A DNA stretch of 62,370 nucleotides, counting the filler. It is 4 parts of 4 records of this genome, joined end to end, with 100 filler letters (N's around TTAATTAATTAA, not from the genome) between each part and the next. Parts side by side here need not be neighbours in the genome. Positions count along the whole stretch, not along the records: positions 27,683 to 56,997 come from DRR723986_3034; 3 more parts are not named here. One strand, given 5' to 3'. The notes beneath the pieces were generated by a model. It made no database searches and was not told the DNA's origin. It saw only the letters and a program-made list of their open reading frames with translations. Made by a program: the position numbers and the translations under genes. Positions 27,937 through 36,723 of this stretch are shown piece after piece (the first letter of the stretch is position 1; every line of letters begins with the position of its first letter).

Positions 27937-28506
27937 ATGAGAAAAATTGACGCAGACAGCTCGGAGCTAGCAGAACTTCTCGTCCATGTCGGACGGGTCT
28001 TGCGAAGTGATAGCAGCGCGTCACCGCTCACAGCGGCACAATGGACCTGTCTTCGATTCTTTTCCCGTGCTGGAAAGGAAGCGAACACTTCCTCCGCTTT
28101 TGCGGATTTTCACGGAACGTCACGCGGAACGGCATCCCAGATCATCAAAAGCCTCCACGATAAAGGACTTCTGACAAAAGTCCGCTCCAAGCAGGATGCT
28201 CGAAGCCACATATTCAAATTGTCCACACTTGGCTTGAAGATGCTGGATCAGGACCCGCTGCAGTCACTGGTTTCGGCAGTAGATTATTTGGGACCCAAGA
28301 ACCGGGAGCAATTACAGAAACTCTGCTACTCGCTTCTGGAAAATGTCAGACAGATACGAAACAAACGCCCGTTTGGCACTTGTAGTCATTGTACGCACTA
28401 CGCGACCCGTTCTGGCTCCCCGGAACGATCGCATTGCAAATTCGATCAGAAAGATTTGGCGCCCGAGATGGTCGGCAACTGGTGTTGTGACTTCTCTCTT
28501 TCCTGA
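27937..28506 (+). CDS. MarR family regulator with C-terminal Cys cluster
   Basis: LTAAQWTCLRF...SRGTASQIIKSL..KGLL...DARS winged helix; tail FGTCSHCTHY...HC...WCCDF. Confidence 0.88.
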   Translation: MRKIDADSSELAELLVHVGRVLRSDSSASPLTAAQWTCLRFFSRAGKEANTSSAFADFHGTSRGTASQIIKSLHDKGLLTKVRSKQDARSHIFKLSTLGLKMLDQDPLQSLVSAVDYLGPKNREQLQKLCYSLLENVRQIRNKRPFGTCSHCTHYATRSGSPERSHCKFDQKDLAPEMVGNWCCDFSLS

Positions 28507-28811
28507 GCGACTTAAGGCCTTCTTTGCTTTGAGCCCGCAAACTAACGAAAGTTCGCAACAGCTGTTTCTCGGAATACAAGATGACCCAAAGTTGCAACAG
28601 GCCGCCCTCTCCAACAATCATTTCGACCGAACCAGCAAGATGAGCCTTGTCAGACCGGGCTGAGCGACCGTTCCAGAGATGGCGTGTGCCGACCGGTTAA
28701 GAAACGCCTTCGGATCGTTAACACTCCCAGGGGGTCCAGACCGCAAAAACGTCCTTCCTTGGCACCCCCATTGCTTCTCCCTCCAGTAGAATTTCATGCT
28801 GGAGCGGACAT

Positions 28812-29246
28812 ATGAGAATACCAGAGGTTGGACTTCCCCAATACGATTATGCCTGGAAACTTTCTCGCAGCCGGTGGGCCTGGGAATTCCTGAGACGCAA
28901 TCCGGATTTTCTCGAAGATGCGCGCCGGCATGGGCCGGATGAGTTGTCGGTGCGAGAAGCCTGCCGGAGCATCACTATCATCCGTCCACGTATCGATCAG
29001 TGCGATGCGGAGCGCTGGGGGCTGGCCTTCTTCCCCGACCCCTCCCTGACTGGTTTCGATGCCAATGTCTTCTGGTCGGCGGGCCTCTACCCGAGACAAG
29101 TTCAGGTCCAGGTGGGACCTCGCGCGCCTGGTGAAGTCTGCGACATCTTTGAAAAGACGACGAACATCTGCCGAATCTTTCACCTGACCGACACATCCGG
29201 CCGGGAACTCCTGCTTCTGAAAGGTAAGCCGAGCGCCGCGCCGTAG
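28812..29246 (+). pseudogene. FseA-like DUF6499(-DUF2285) transcriptional activator, 3'-truncated
   Basis: WAWEFLRRNPDF and RWGL.F..DP motifs; the ORF ends inside an oppositely oriented gene before any DUF2285 HTH. Confidence 0.7.
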
Positions 29247-30034
29247 CTGGTCATGTGGGTGATGAAGTCGCGATATTTCATCGTGACGAGGTTCACATCG
29301 TCCGGCAGGCCGGCCGCTTCGATCGCGGCGAACATTTCGGCATTGGCCGCCTCGACCAGTTCGGCAAACGCCGCCTGCGTTTCCGGCTCGCCGGCAAAGT
29401 CCGGCGCGAACTGCAAGGGCTGGATCTCCGACAGGATGATCGTCTTCACACCCACATTTGCGAGTTCCATCACGTTCTGGGCCGCGGCAGCCGCGACATC
29501 GGCGATGATCTCCTCGGCGGGATCGTCAATCTCGAGGCGGTCGAGGAAATCGTTCGGGCCGGCGATCATGAAGGCCACATCGCCTGCACCGACTCCGATG
29601 GCACCCTGGTCCACAAGGCCAGCGAACTCTTCGGTCTGGACGCGCACGCCTGTCTCGATGCCGAAGGAGATAAGGTCCCCGCCACGGTCCATGTGTGCGC
29701 CGGAGATGCCGAAATTGATGTTCGGGGAATCAATATCCGGGTCGAGGATGATATCCACCTCCCTGCCCATTATCTCGGTCCAGATCAGACCATTGGAATC
29801 CCTCTCGAACCCGTTATCCGAGGAGTTGGGGTAGAAGTCCTCTCCGCGCGATCCGACGATTGCCGAGAAATTGCCCTGGCCGACATTGCTGTCGCCGAAA
29901 AAGTACCAGCTACCGTCACCGGAGTCGGCGTGAGTCAAAGGTGCAAATGCTGTCAGAACAACGGCACCGCCCAGAAGGACGGAGCTGAATTTTGGCGCGA
30001 GCGAACCCGCACGCGCAGCGAGACTGCGAGTCAT
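29180..30034 (-). pseudogene. Secreted SGNH/GDSL hydrolase, probably 3'-truncated
   Basis: Signal peptide, FFGDS block I, NFGISGA block II, AGPNDF block III; no DxxH block V before the ORF runs into the DUF6499 gene. Confidence 0.7.
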
Positions 30035-30336
30035 AAGTTTCTCCTGTGGCCCCGTTCAGGAGCCCCTTATTGTGGATGTAATTTTGAGATGTGGCGGTTG
30101 AGTCCGCGAAGCGGCCCTCACCCAGCGGTCCAGATCAAGTCCGGACGATTATCCGTTCGTCTTCATCACGAGGTATCCCTGTTCGACATAACGGCTGGCA
30201 TTGCTGTTTCCTGCCCGCACCCGCCGGACAGCTCTGCTGGCTTTCGTGATCCGACTGACACTGGACAAATCTCCCGCTTGCTACATATTATGTAGCGACA
30301 CTTATTGCTACTTTTTCCGTAGCGCAAGGGGCTTAA

Positions 30337-30651
30337 ATGCCAATGAGCGAAAAAAAAGCACAACGGCCGATCATGGCCCTGCTCGACATTCTTGGTCAGA
30401 GGTGGGTCCTGCGGATCATATGGGAATTACGCGACGCCCCGCTCACATTCCGCGCCCTGCGGGAGCGCTGCGATCAGATCTCGCCAACCGTACTGAACCA
30501 ACGGCTCGCCCTGCTGCGTGAAAATGGTCTGTTGGAGCTTGTCGATGCTGGTTACCAGCCGACCCAATCCTGCAAGGAACTGGGCACCATCCTGATGCAA
30601 CTCAGCGACTGGTCGAAAAGCTGGGACCGGACACCTGAAAAGCCCAACTAA
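30337..30651 (+). CDS. HxlR family winged-helix regulator
   Basis: LDILGQRWVLRIIWEL...FRAL...ISPTVLNQRLALL. Confidence 0.9.
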   Translation: MPMSEKKAQRPIMALLDILGQRWVLRIIWELRDAPLTFRALRERCDQISPTVLNQRLALLRENGLLELVDAGYQPTQSCKELGTILMQLSDWSKSWDRTPEKPN

Positions 30652-30917
30652 CCCCTGCCGCTCAATTCAAATGACCATGTCGCAACTCCCGATTGCGCAA
30701 CATGCGCTGCAGGCAGCGTGAGGCTCATTCCCGAGTCGCCTCGTTCCCGCCCGCGGCGGTTTGCACTGCACAAGAAACACTCAGCTTTGGGCAATTACGC
30801 CCGAATGCAGGCAGGACTCGGTATTTAACACATTCACTTGGTTGTACGCAGTTCCCGCACTCCGGCGACACCGACATCTTGCGCGCAGATTCAATAAGTC
30901 GCCGGGAGTAAATTGCG

Positions 30918-33281
30918 ATGCGCCGCCTCAACACACGTCTCAAATTCGGAATATGCCTTGCCTCGCTGATCGCGGCATCGATGACGACTGCTGCGCACGC
31001 GCAGGAGAGCTCGCCGCCAGAAGAACAAGCGACCATGAAAGCGGTTGTCGTTGAAGGCCGCCGGGTCTCAACCGCCGACACGGCCATCGGTCAGGACGAA
31101 GCCACCAACACAGTGGCAGTCACTCGCGAAGAACTCCTGTCAGCACCAGGCGGCATCTCGGGCCTGAAAATGCTGGAGTCCCTGCCGGGCTTCAACGTTC
31201 AGACCGACGGTGCGCTCGGCCTCTACGAATTCGGCAACTCGGTCACCGTGCGGGCCTTTAACCTGCAGCAGATCGGCTTCGTGCTGGACGGTGTGCCGAT
31301 GGGCCGCTCCGATGCCTTCGGCGGCAGCCCGATCTTCCGTTATGTGGACAACGAAAACCTTGGCGCCGTGGTCGCATCCCCCGGTGCAGGTGATGTCTCT
31401 CTACCAAGCTATGCATCGCTCGGCCCGCTCGTCTCTTACAATACGGTTGATACATCCGACACGCCCGGCGGCATGATCTCCTACACGATCGGTGATGACG
31501 ACCTCGAGCGGAGCTTCATCAAGCTGGAATCCGGAAACTGGAACGGCCTCTCAGCCTATGTCAGCCGCTCCAAGACAGACAGCAGCCTGTGGCGCGGCCC
31601 CGGCACGATCGACCGCGAGCACATCGAAGGCAAGATCAAGTACGAGTTCGACGAAGATACGTTCGTGAAATTCGGATACGTCCATAACGATTTCTTCGAC
31701 TATGACTCCCCGTCCGGACCGGAATCCACGTTCGAAAACAACTATTTCTACGGCTACCAGCCGACTCTTCCGGAAAGCTGCATCAATCCGACGCCCGGCG
31801 TTTATGATTATAACGGCGACAATGTCATCGACGATGCTGACTTCACTCCGCTGAACACGGGTTCGAGCTGTACCAGCTACTACGAAGACCGCATTAACGT
31901 GCGCGATGACACGCTCTACTCCCTCAACTTCCAGACCGACCTAACCCCGGGCGTGATGCTGACGGCGACGGCCTATCAGGAAGAAAAAGACGGCTTTGGT
32001 GTCTCGCCGGACAGCTATTCCAACTCGCTGAACATCTATAATCGCCAGGTCGCAGCCGGCCTTGATGTCGTTCACCCGCGCGGCGTTCAATATGGCCTGT
32101 CGGAAGTCGGCGGCACGCGGACCGGCCTGGTCGCCGGTGTCGAATGGGAAATCGGCAACCACACGATCGAATTTGGCGGCTGGTACGAAGACGAGGACTA
32201 CGACCGGACCCAGCAGCGCCTGAACAAGACCAATGGTTCAGCGGATGGCGAAGTGATCTGGGACGAGGTGGCTTATTATCGCCGTGATTACACCTCGACC
32301 CGCAAGACGACGCAGCTCTACCTCAAAGATACGATCAGCCTGATGGATGACCGGCTCAATGTCGAAGTCGGCGTGAAGAGTCTCAATATCGACTACTCGC
32401 TCGACGGCTATCGGGACTATAACGACTATGAAGTGTTCGGCCCTCAGAAAGTCGGTGCCGAATACAGCGACAACTTCCTGCCGATGGTCGGGGCGGTCTA
32501 TGATCTGAATGATACCGATCAGGTCTTTGCATCCTACTCGCAGAACTTTGCCTTGCCGCGCGGTGCAGACGACATCTTCTCCATTGCGACCACGGATCCG
32601 ACGACGGATCCGCTCCCGGCGCCGGAAGGTGAGGAGTCGACCAACTATGAAGTCGGTGTCCGCACCAACCGGTCCCAATTCTACGGTTCGGCAGCCCTGT
32701 TCTACACCACGTTCGATAACCGCCTGGTGGCTGGCAGCGTGATCAATCCGGCGACTGAACAACCGGAAGCCTTTTACACCAGCGCCGGTGAGACTGAGGC
32801 TTATGGTTTCGAACTCTCCGGAGTGTACAAACCCGACTTCCTCGGCGGGAAGGTCTACTTCGATGGAAACCTGACCTACAACCACGCCGAGCTGAAAGAC
32901 GATACAGATACCAATCTCGACGGCACGATCGACTATTTTGCCGGTACCGGTCTGCCTGACAGCCCGGAATGGCTCTTCACGGGCGGTGTCACGTATGAAC
33001 CGACCGATTGGCTGGTCGCCAATATCTCCGGCAAATACACAGGGGAACGGAACGCACAGTTCAACGACGGCTACGATATGGACAGCTTCACTGTCCTCAG
33101 CGGTTATCTCGACCTCGGTGGCCCGAACGACTTTGGCGTGCCTGAGAATGTCAGCCTGCGATTCAACGTCGATAACCTGCTGGATGAGGAAGTCCCGACC
33201 GCGTTCGTCTTTGCTGGCTCCGCCTTCTTCCGCCCGCTGAACCCGCGCACATTCCAGGCGACCCTGACGGTCCGGTTCTGA
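30918..33281 (+). CDS. TonB-dependent outer-membrane receptor
   Basis: Signal peptide, TonB box AVVVEG, plug LESLPG, FNVDNLLDE, C-terminal PRTFQATLTVRF ending in Phe. Confidence 0.95.
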   Translation: MRRLNTRLKFGICLASLIAASMTTAAHAQESSPPEEQATMKAVVVEGRRVSTADTAIGQDEATNTVAVTREELLSAPGGISGLKMLESLPGFNVQTDGALGLYEFGNSVTVRAFNLQQIGFVLDGVPMGRSDAFGGSPIFRYVDNENLGAVVASPGAGDVSLPSYASLGPLVSYNTVDTSDTPGGMISYTIGDDDLERSFIKLESGNWNGLSAYVSRSKTDSSLWRGPGTIDREHIEGKIKYEFDEDTFVKFGYVHNDFFDYDSPSGPESTFENNYFYGYQPTLPESCINPTPGVYDYNGDNVIDDADFTPLNTGSSCTSYYEDRINVRDDTLYSLNFQTDLTPGVMLTATAYQEEKDGFGVSPDSYSNSLNIYNRQVAAGLDVVHPRGVQYGLSEVGGTRTGLVAGVEWEIGNHTIEFGGWYEDEDYDRTQQRLNKTNGSADGEVIWDEVAYYRRDYTSTRKTTQLYLKDTISLMDDRLNVEVGVKSLNIDYSLDGYRDYNDYEVFGPQKVGAEYSDNFLPMVGAVYDLNDTDQVFASYSQNFALPRGADDIFSIATTDPTTDPLPAPEGEESTNYEVGVRTNRSQFYGSAALFYTTFDNRLVAGSVINPATEQPEAFYTSAGETEAYGFELSGVYKPDFLGGKVYFDGNLTYNHAELKDDTDTNLDGTIDYFAGTGLPDSPEWLFTGGVTYEPTDWLVANISGKYTGERNAQFNDGYDMDSFTVLSGYLDLGGPNDFGVPENVSLRFNVDNLLDEEVPTAFVFAGSAFFRPLNPRTFQATLTVRF

Positions 33282-33320
33282 TCATGACCAACAGAAATCC
33301 TTTTTCCAATCTGAAACCGA

Positions 33321-34241
33321 GTGATTACAATGTTAGCTGATGCACTCCCGCTAATCCTGTCCATGCTGGTTGCCGGTGCTTTTGCCGGCCTTCTGGCTGG
33401 GCTGTTCGGAATCGGTGGCGGCTTTGTCGTCGTGCCGGCTCTCGCAGCCGTCTTCACCCTCCTCTCGACAACGGGGCAACCGATGTCTGAGGACAAGATT
33501 ATGCACGTCGCCATCGGCACGTCGCTGGCCACAATCATCTTCACCTCGCTCCGGTCCGTGCAGGCCCACGCAAAGCGAGGGGCTGTGGATTTCAATATCC
33601 TCAAGCAATGGGCGCCGTGGGTTGTCCTGGGCGTCGTGCTGGGCCTCAGCGTCGCACGCTTCCTGGACGGAAAGTCCCTGAAGATCATCTTCGGCGTCGG
33701 CGTGTTCATCATGGCCTGGCACTTCCTGTTCCCGATCCTTTCCAAGCGCACCATGTCGGATGAAATGCCAAAAGGTGTCGCCCGCGGCGGTCTTGGCAGC
33801 TTCCTCGGCGGCTTCTGCACCCTGCTGGGCATTGGGGGCGGCACACCGGCCATCCTGATCATGACCCTGTCTGGCCAGCCAGTGCACCGGGCCATCGCGA
33901 CGGCGGCCGGCTTCGGCACGATCATCGCCGTGCCCGGCACGATCGGCTCGATCATCAGCGGCCTGGGTGAAACCGGCCTGCCATTCGGCTCAATCGGCTA
34001 CGTGAACGTTGTCGCAATGCTGGCGATCATCTCGATGAGCATGATCACTGCGCCAATCGGCGCGGCACTGGCCCACAGCCTGGATTCCGCAAAGCTGAAG
34101 AAGGCGCTGGGCGTCTACCTGCTCTGCACGTCGAGCCTGATGCTTTGGACCGCCTTCCACAAGGCGCCGGCAAAGAACCCTCTGACTACAGCTTCTGCAG
34201 TACAGGTCACAACCGAGCTGCCGCATATGGGTGGACGCTAA
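33321..34241 (+). CDS. TauE/SafE (TSUP) family permease
   Basis: AGLFGIGGGFVVVP, HVAIGTSLA, LLGIGGG, HRAIATAA repeated halves. Confidence 0.92.
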   Translation: MITMLADALPLILSMLVAGAFAGLLAGLFGIGGGFVVVPALAAVFTLLSTTGQPMSEDKIMHVAIGTSLATIIFTSLRSVQAHAKRGAVDFNILKQWAPWVVLGVVLGLSVARFLDGKSLKIIFGVGVFIMAWHFLFPILSKRTMSDEMPKGVARGGLGSFLGGFCTLLGIGGGTPAILIMTLSGQPVHRAIATAAGFGTIIAVPGTIGSIISGLGETGLPFGSIGYVNVVAMLAIISMSMITAPIGAALAHSLDSAKLKKALGVYLLCTSSLMLWTAFHKAPAKNPLTTASAVQVTTELPHMGGR

Positions 34242-34307
34242 AACAGCCAGTTTCGGACATCAAAAGTGTCCGAAGCCACTGCCCGGCATTCTTGCCTGAC
34301 GTAACGC

Positions 34308-34339
34308 AAGCCGCGCCATTCAGGCGCGGCTTTCTTTTT
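34308..34339 (+). terminator. Intrinsic terminator after tauE
   Basis: AAGCCGCGCC-ATTCA-GGCGCGGCTT followed by TCTTTTT. Confidence 0.8.
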
Positions 34340-34358
34340 GGCCTGAAGGAACCTGTTC

Positions 34359-34826
34359 ATGCGCTACTATGAAGACCTCGTGATTGGCACAGTCACGAAA
34401 TCCGAACGGACTTATGACGTGACCCGCGAGGAAGTGATCGAGTTTGCCGGAAAGTACGATCCGCAACCCTTCCACCTGGATGACGAGGCAGCGGCAAAGA
34501 CCCATTTCGGCCGCCTGTCCGCATCTGGCTGGCACACGGCGGCGATGGCCATGCGAATGATGGTTGAAGGATGGAGCACACAGGAACCGACGGCATCTCT
34601 GGGCTCACCCGGAGTCGACGAGCTGCGCTGGCGAAAGCCGGTCTATCCCGGGGATACGCTGCGCGTTGAGTCGAAACTGATCGGTAAGCGCCGGATGAAA
34701 AGCCGCCCGGAAATGGGCCTGATGAAGACTGAACAGACCATCTACAATCAGGATGGCGACGTCGTTATGAGCATGGTGTCGAACGGCCTGATACAGGTGC
34801 GAAACCCCGACAGCGACGCCGAATAG
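34359..34826 (+). CDS. MaoC family (hot-dog) dehydratase
   Basis: YDPQPFHLD, ASGWHT, LRWRKPVYPGDTL. Confidence 0.92.
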   Translation: MRYYEDLVIGTVTKSERTYDVTREEVIEFAGKYDPQPFHLDDEAAAKTHFGRLSASGWHTAAMAMRMMVEGWSTQEPTASLGSPGVDELRWRKPVYPGDTLRVESKLIGKRRMKSRPEMGLMKTEQTIYNQDGDVVMSMVSNGLIQVRNPDSDAE

Positions 34827-34832
34827 GAAGTC

Positions 34833-35753
34833 CTATTCGGCGGGTACCATCGCTGGCTTTTCGTCTGATCGCACGGCCCGACGAATAACATCGAAATAAT
34901 CCTTCGAGATACACTCAAAGCCATCATAGTAGCCGCGTGACGCCAGCATCTGATGTAGCCGCTTCAATCGATAAGGCGGTATCGAAGCGAACATGTGATG
35001 CTCCAGATGGTAATTCACATCGTTCGGTGCGATCAGCACACGCTGCCAGAACGGAGCGGTCGTCGTCCCGGTGTTCAGCCGCGGATCAAGCTGGGTGCGA
35101 TCCTTCGCTGTGCCGTGTTCGCCAATCTGACGAAGGCGAACGATCGCCGGATAAACGAACAGTTCCGCTGCCCACCACATCAGATAGGCCCATGGCGCCC
35201 CTGACAATGTCAGCGTTCCCAACAACAATATGTGGAAAGTCAGCCAAGGCCAGTTGCGCGACAATCTGAAGTTCCTGATCTTCCGCATCGTATCGCGAAA
35301 TCCGGTGCGCCCTGTAAAATCCCGCACGAATTTCCGTCGCAGGCTGTCCTTTGAAACCGGGTAGTTCTTCACGAACACAATATCCGGATCATTCGGCGTG
35401 CCGGCGTATTTATGGTGCTTGAGGTGATAGGCCCGGTAAGCTGGCAGAGAGATATTCATCGGTGCGCCGACCAGGTAGTGGCCGACAAACTCATCCACTT
35501 TCGGGTTCTTGAAGAATGCGTGATGGGCACAATCATGATTGATGATCCCGAGCCCCAACTGACGCCCGCCAAGAATGATGATCCCTGCCAGAATGGTCAG
35601 TGGGTTTGGCCAGACGATCGCCACGGCAAAAGCCGCAGCGATCAGGCCCCAGTTCCAGCCCAACGTGGCGAACGCCCTGAGGTTTGACTTCCTGCGCAAA
35701 TCACGCAGCTCGTCTTTCCTCAGCACATCGGATAATTTGAGCTGGTTCGTCAC
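34833..35753 (-). CDS. Membrane fatty-acid desaturase family protein
   Basis: His boxes HDCAHH, HLKHH, HLEHH; likely GTG start after GGGAGAG (the ORF is open to 35804). Confidence 0.9.
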   Translation of the reverse strand: MTNQLKLSDVLRKDELRDLRRKSNLRAFATLGWNWGLIAAAFAVAIVWPNPLTILAGIIILGGRQLGLGIINHDCAHHAFFKNPKVDEFVGHYLVGAPMNISLPAYRAYHLKHHKYAGTPNDPDIVFVKNYPVSKDSLRRKFVRDFTGRTGFRDTMRKIRNFRLSRNWPWLTFHILLLGTLTLSGAPWAYLMWWAAELFVYPAIVRLRQIGEHGTAKDRTQLDPRLNTGTTTAPFWQRVLIAPNDVNYHLEHHMFASIPPYRLKRLHQMLASRGYYDGFECISKDYFDVIRRAVRSDEKPAMVPAE

Positions 35754-35817
35754 GGCGGTTCTCTCCCATTGAACTCTTTTATCACTTATTACATACTTTA
35801 TCACTATTGGTCAATCT

Positions 35818-36636
35818 GTGTATTATTTTGAGCCTCTCGATCCGAAGGACGTCTCGCCCCGCGCGCTTGTCCTGTCGCTGATGAGCAGCGCCTTTTCGGC
35901 GCCGCAATCGATCGGCCGGCTCATCGATGCTGCCGCCCTGTTCGATATCGAACCAGCAACTCTCAGGGTCGCGGTCACCCGGCTTCTCAAAGAAGGCTTG
36001 CTGGAAAGTCCGGACCGCGGCGTCTACCAGCCGGGCCCAAACTCGAAAGCACTGACACGGCGCGTCCAGGGCTGGAAAGATGTGTCCAGCCGCACTGTGC
36101 TATGGAAAGGGGACTGGCTCGTTGCAATGACAAGCCATCTTGGCCGGACAGATCGAAAACAGCTGCGCGCCCGTGAAAGAGCGCTTGGCCTGTCAGGCTA
36201 TAAGGAAACAAAGGCAGGCTACTGGGTTCGACCGGCCAATCTGGCCCGTGAGCTGGATGATCACCGCGCAGACCTCATCGGCATAGGAGCCGACGATGCC
36301 ATCTCGATTCTTCGGGTCACTGAACGTGCACTTCCGAACAGCGAGCGCTGGGAAACGCTCTGGCGCACGGAAGGTCTCGCCCGGACCTATAAAGCGGCGA
36401 CAGAAGCCATGACTGCCAGCCTCGAACGCTTACCAAATCTGCCAAAGGATATTGCGGCGCGAGAGTCGCTCCTCATCGGTCAGGCGGTTATCCGCACCAT
36501 CAACTTTGATCCAATGCTGCCGCCGGAGCTGAGCGATCAGAACGCCTTCCTTCGAATGGTCGACACAATGGCACGCTACAACGAAACCGGCCGCAAATGC
36601 TGGCAAGCTTATTATGCTTCCATGGAAACCAGCTGA
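35818..36636 (+). CDS. PaaX family transcriptional regulator
   Basis: LRVAVTRL..EG, W.GDW, FDPMLPPEL; divergent from the desaturase. Confidence 0.85.
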   Translation: MYYFEPLDPKDVSPRALVLSLMSSAFSAPQSIGRLIDAAALFDIEPATLRVAVTRLLKEGLLESPDRGVYQPGPNSKALTRRVQGWKDVSSRTVLWKGDWLVAMTSHLGRTDRKQLRARERALGLSGYKETKAGYWVRPANLARELDDHRADLIGIGADDAISILRVTERALPNSERWETLWRTEGLARTYKAATEAMTASLERLPNLPKDIAARESLLIGQAVIRTINFDPMLPPELSDQNAFLRMVDTMARYNETGRKCWQAYYASMETS

Positions 36637-36723
36637 TCCACCCGCTGCCTCATTGAAATCGGCATCTTGAACACGGCGGCAATCCCTCCCACGATTGGCT
36701 GCTGAGATTCATCACCGGACATC

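Noticed and set aside
30652..30917. Cobalamin or TPP riboswitch before the TonB receptor
   Set aside because: No recognisable B12-box or TPP core; only the RBS hairpin is supported.
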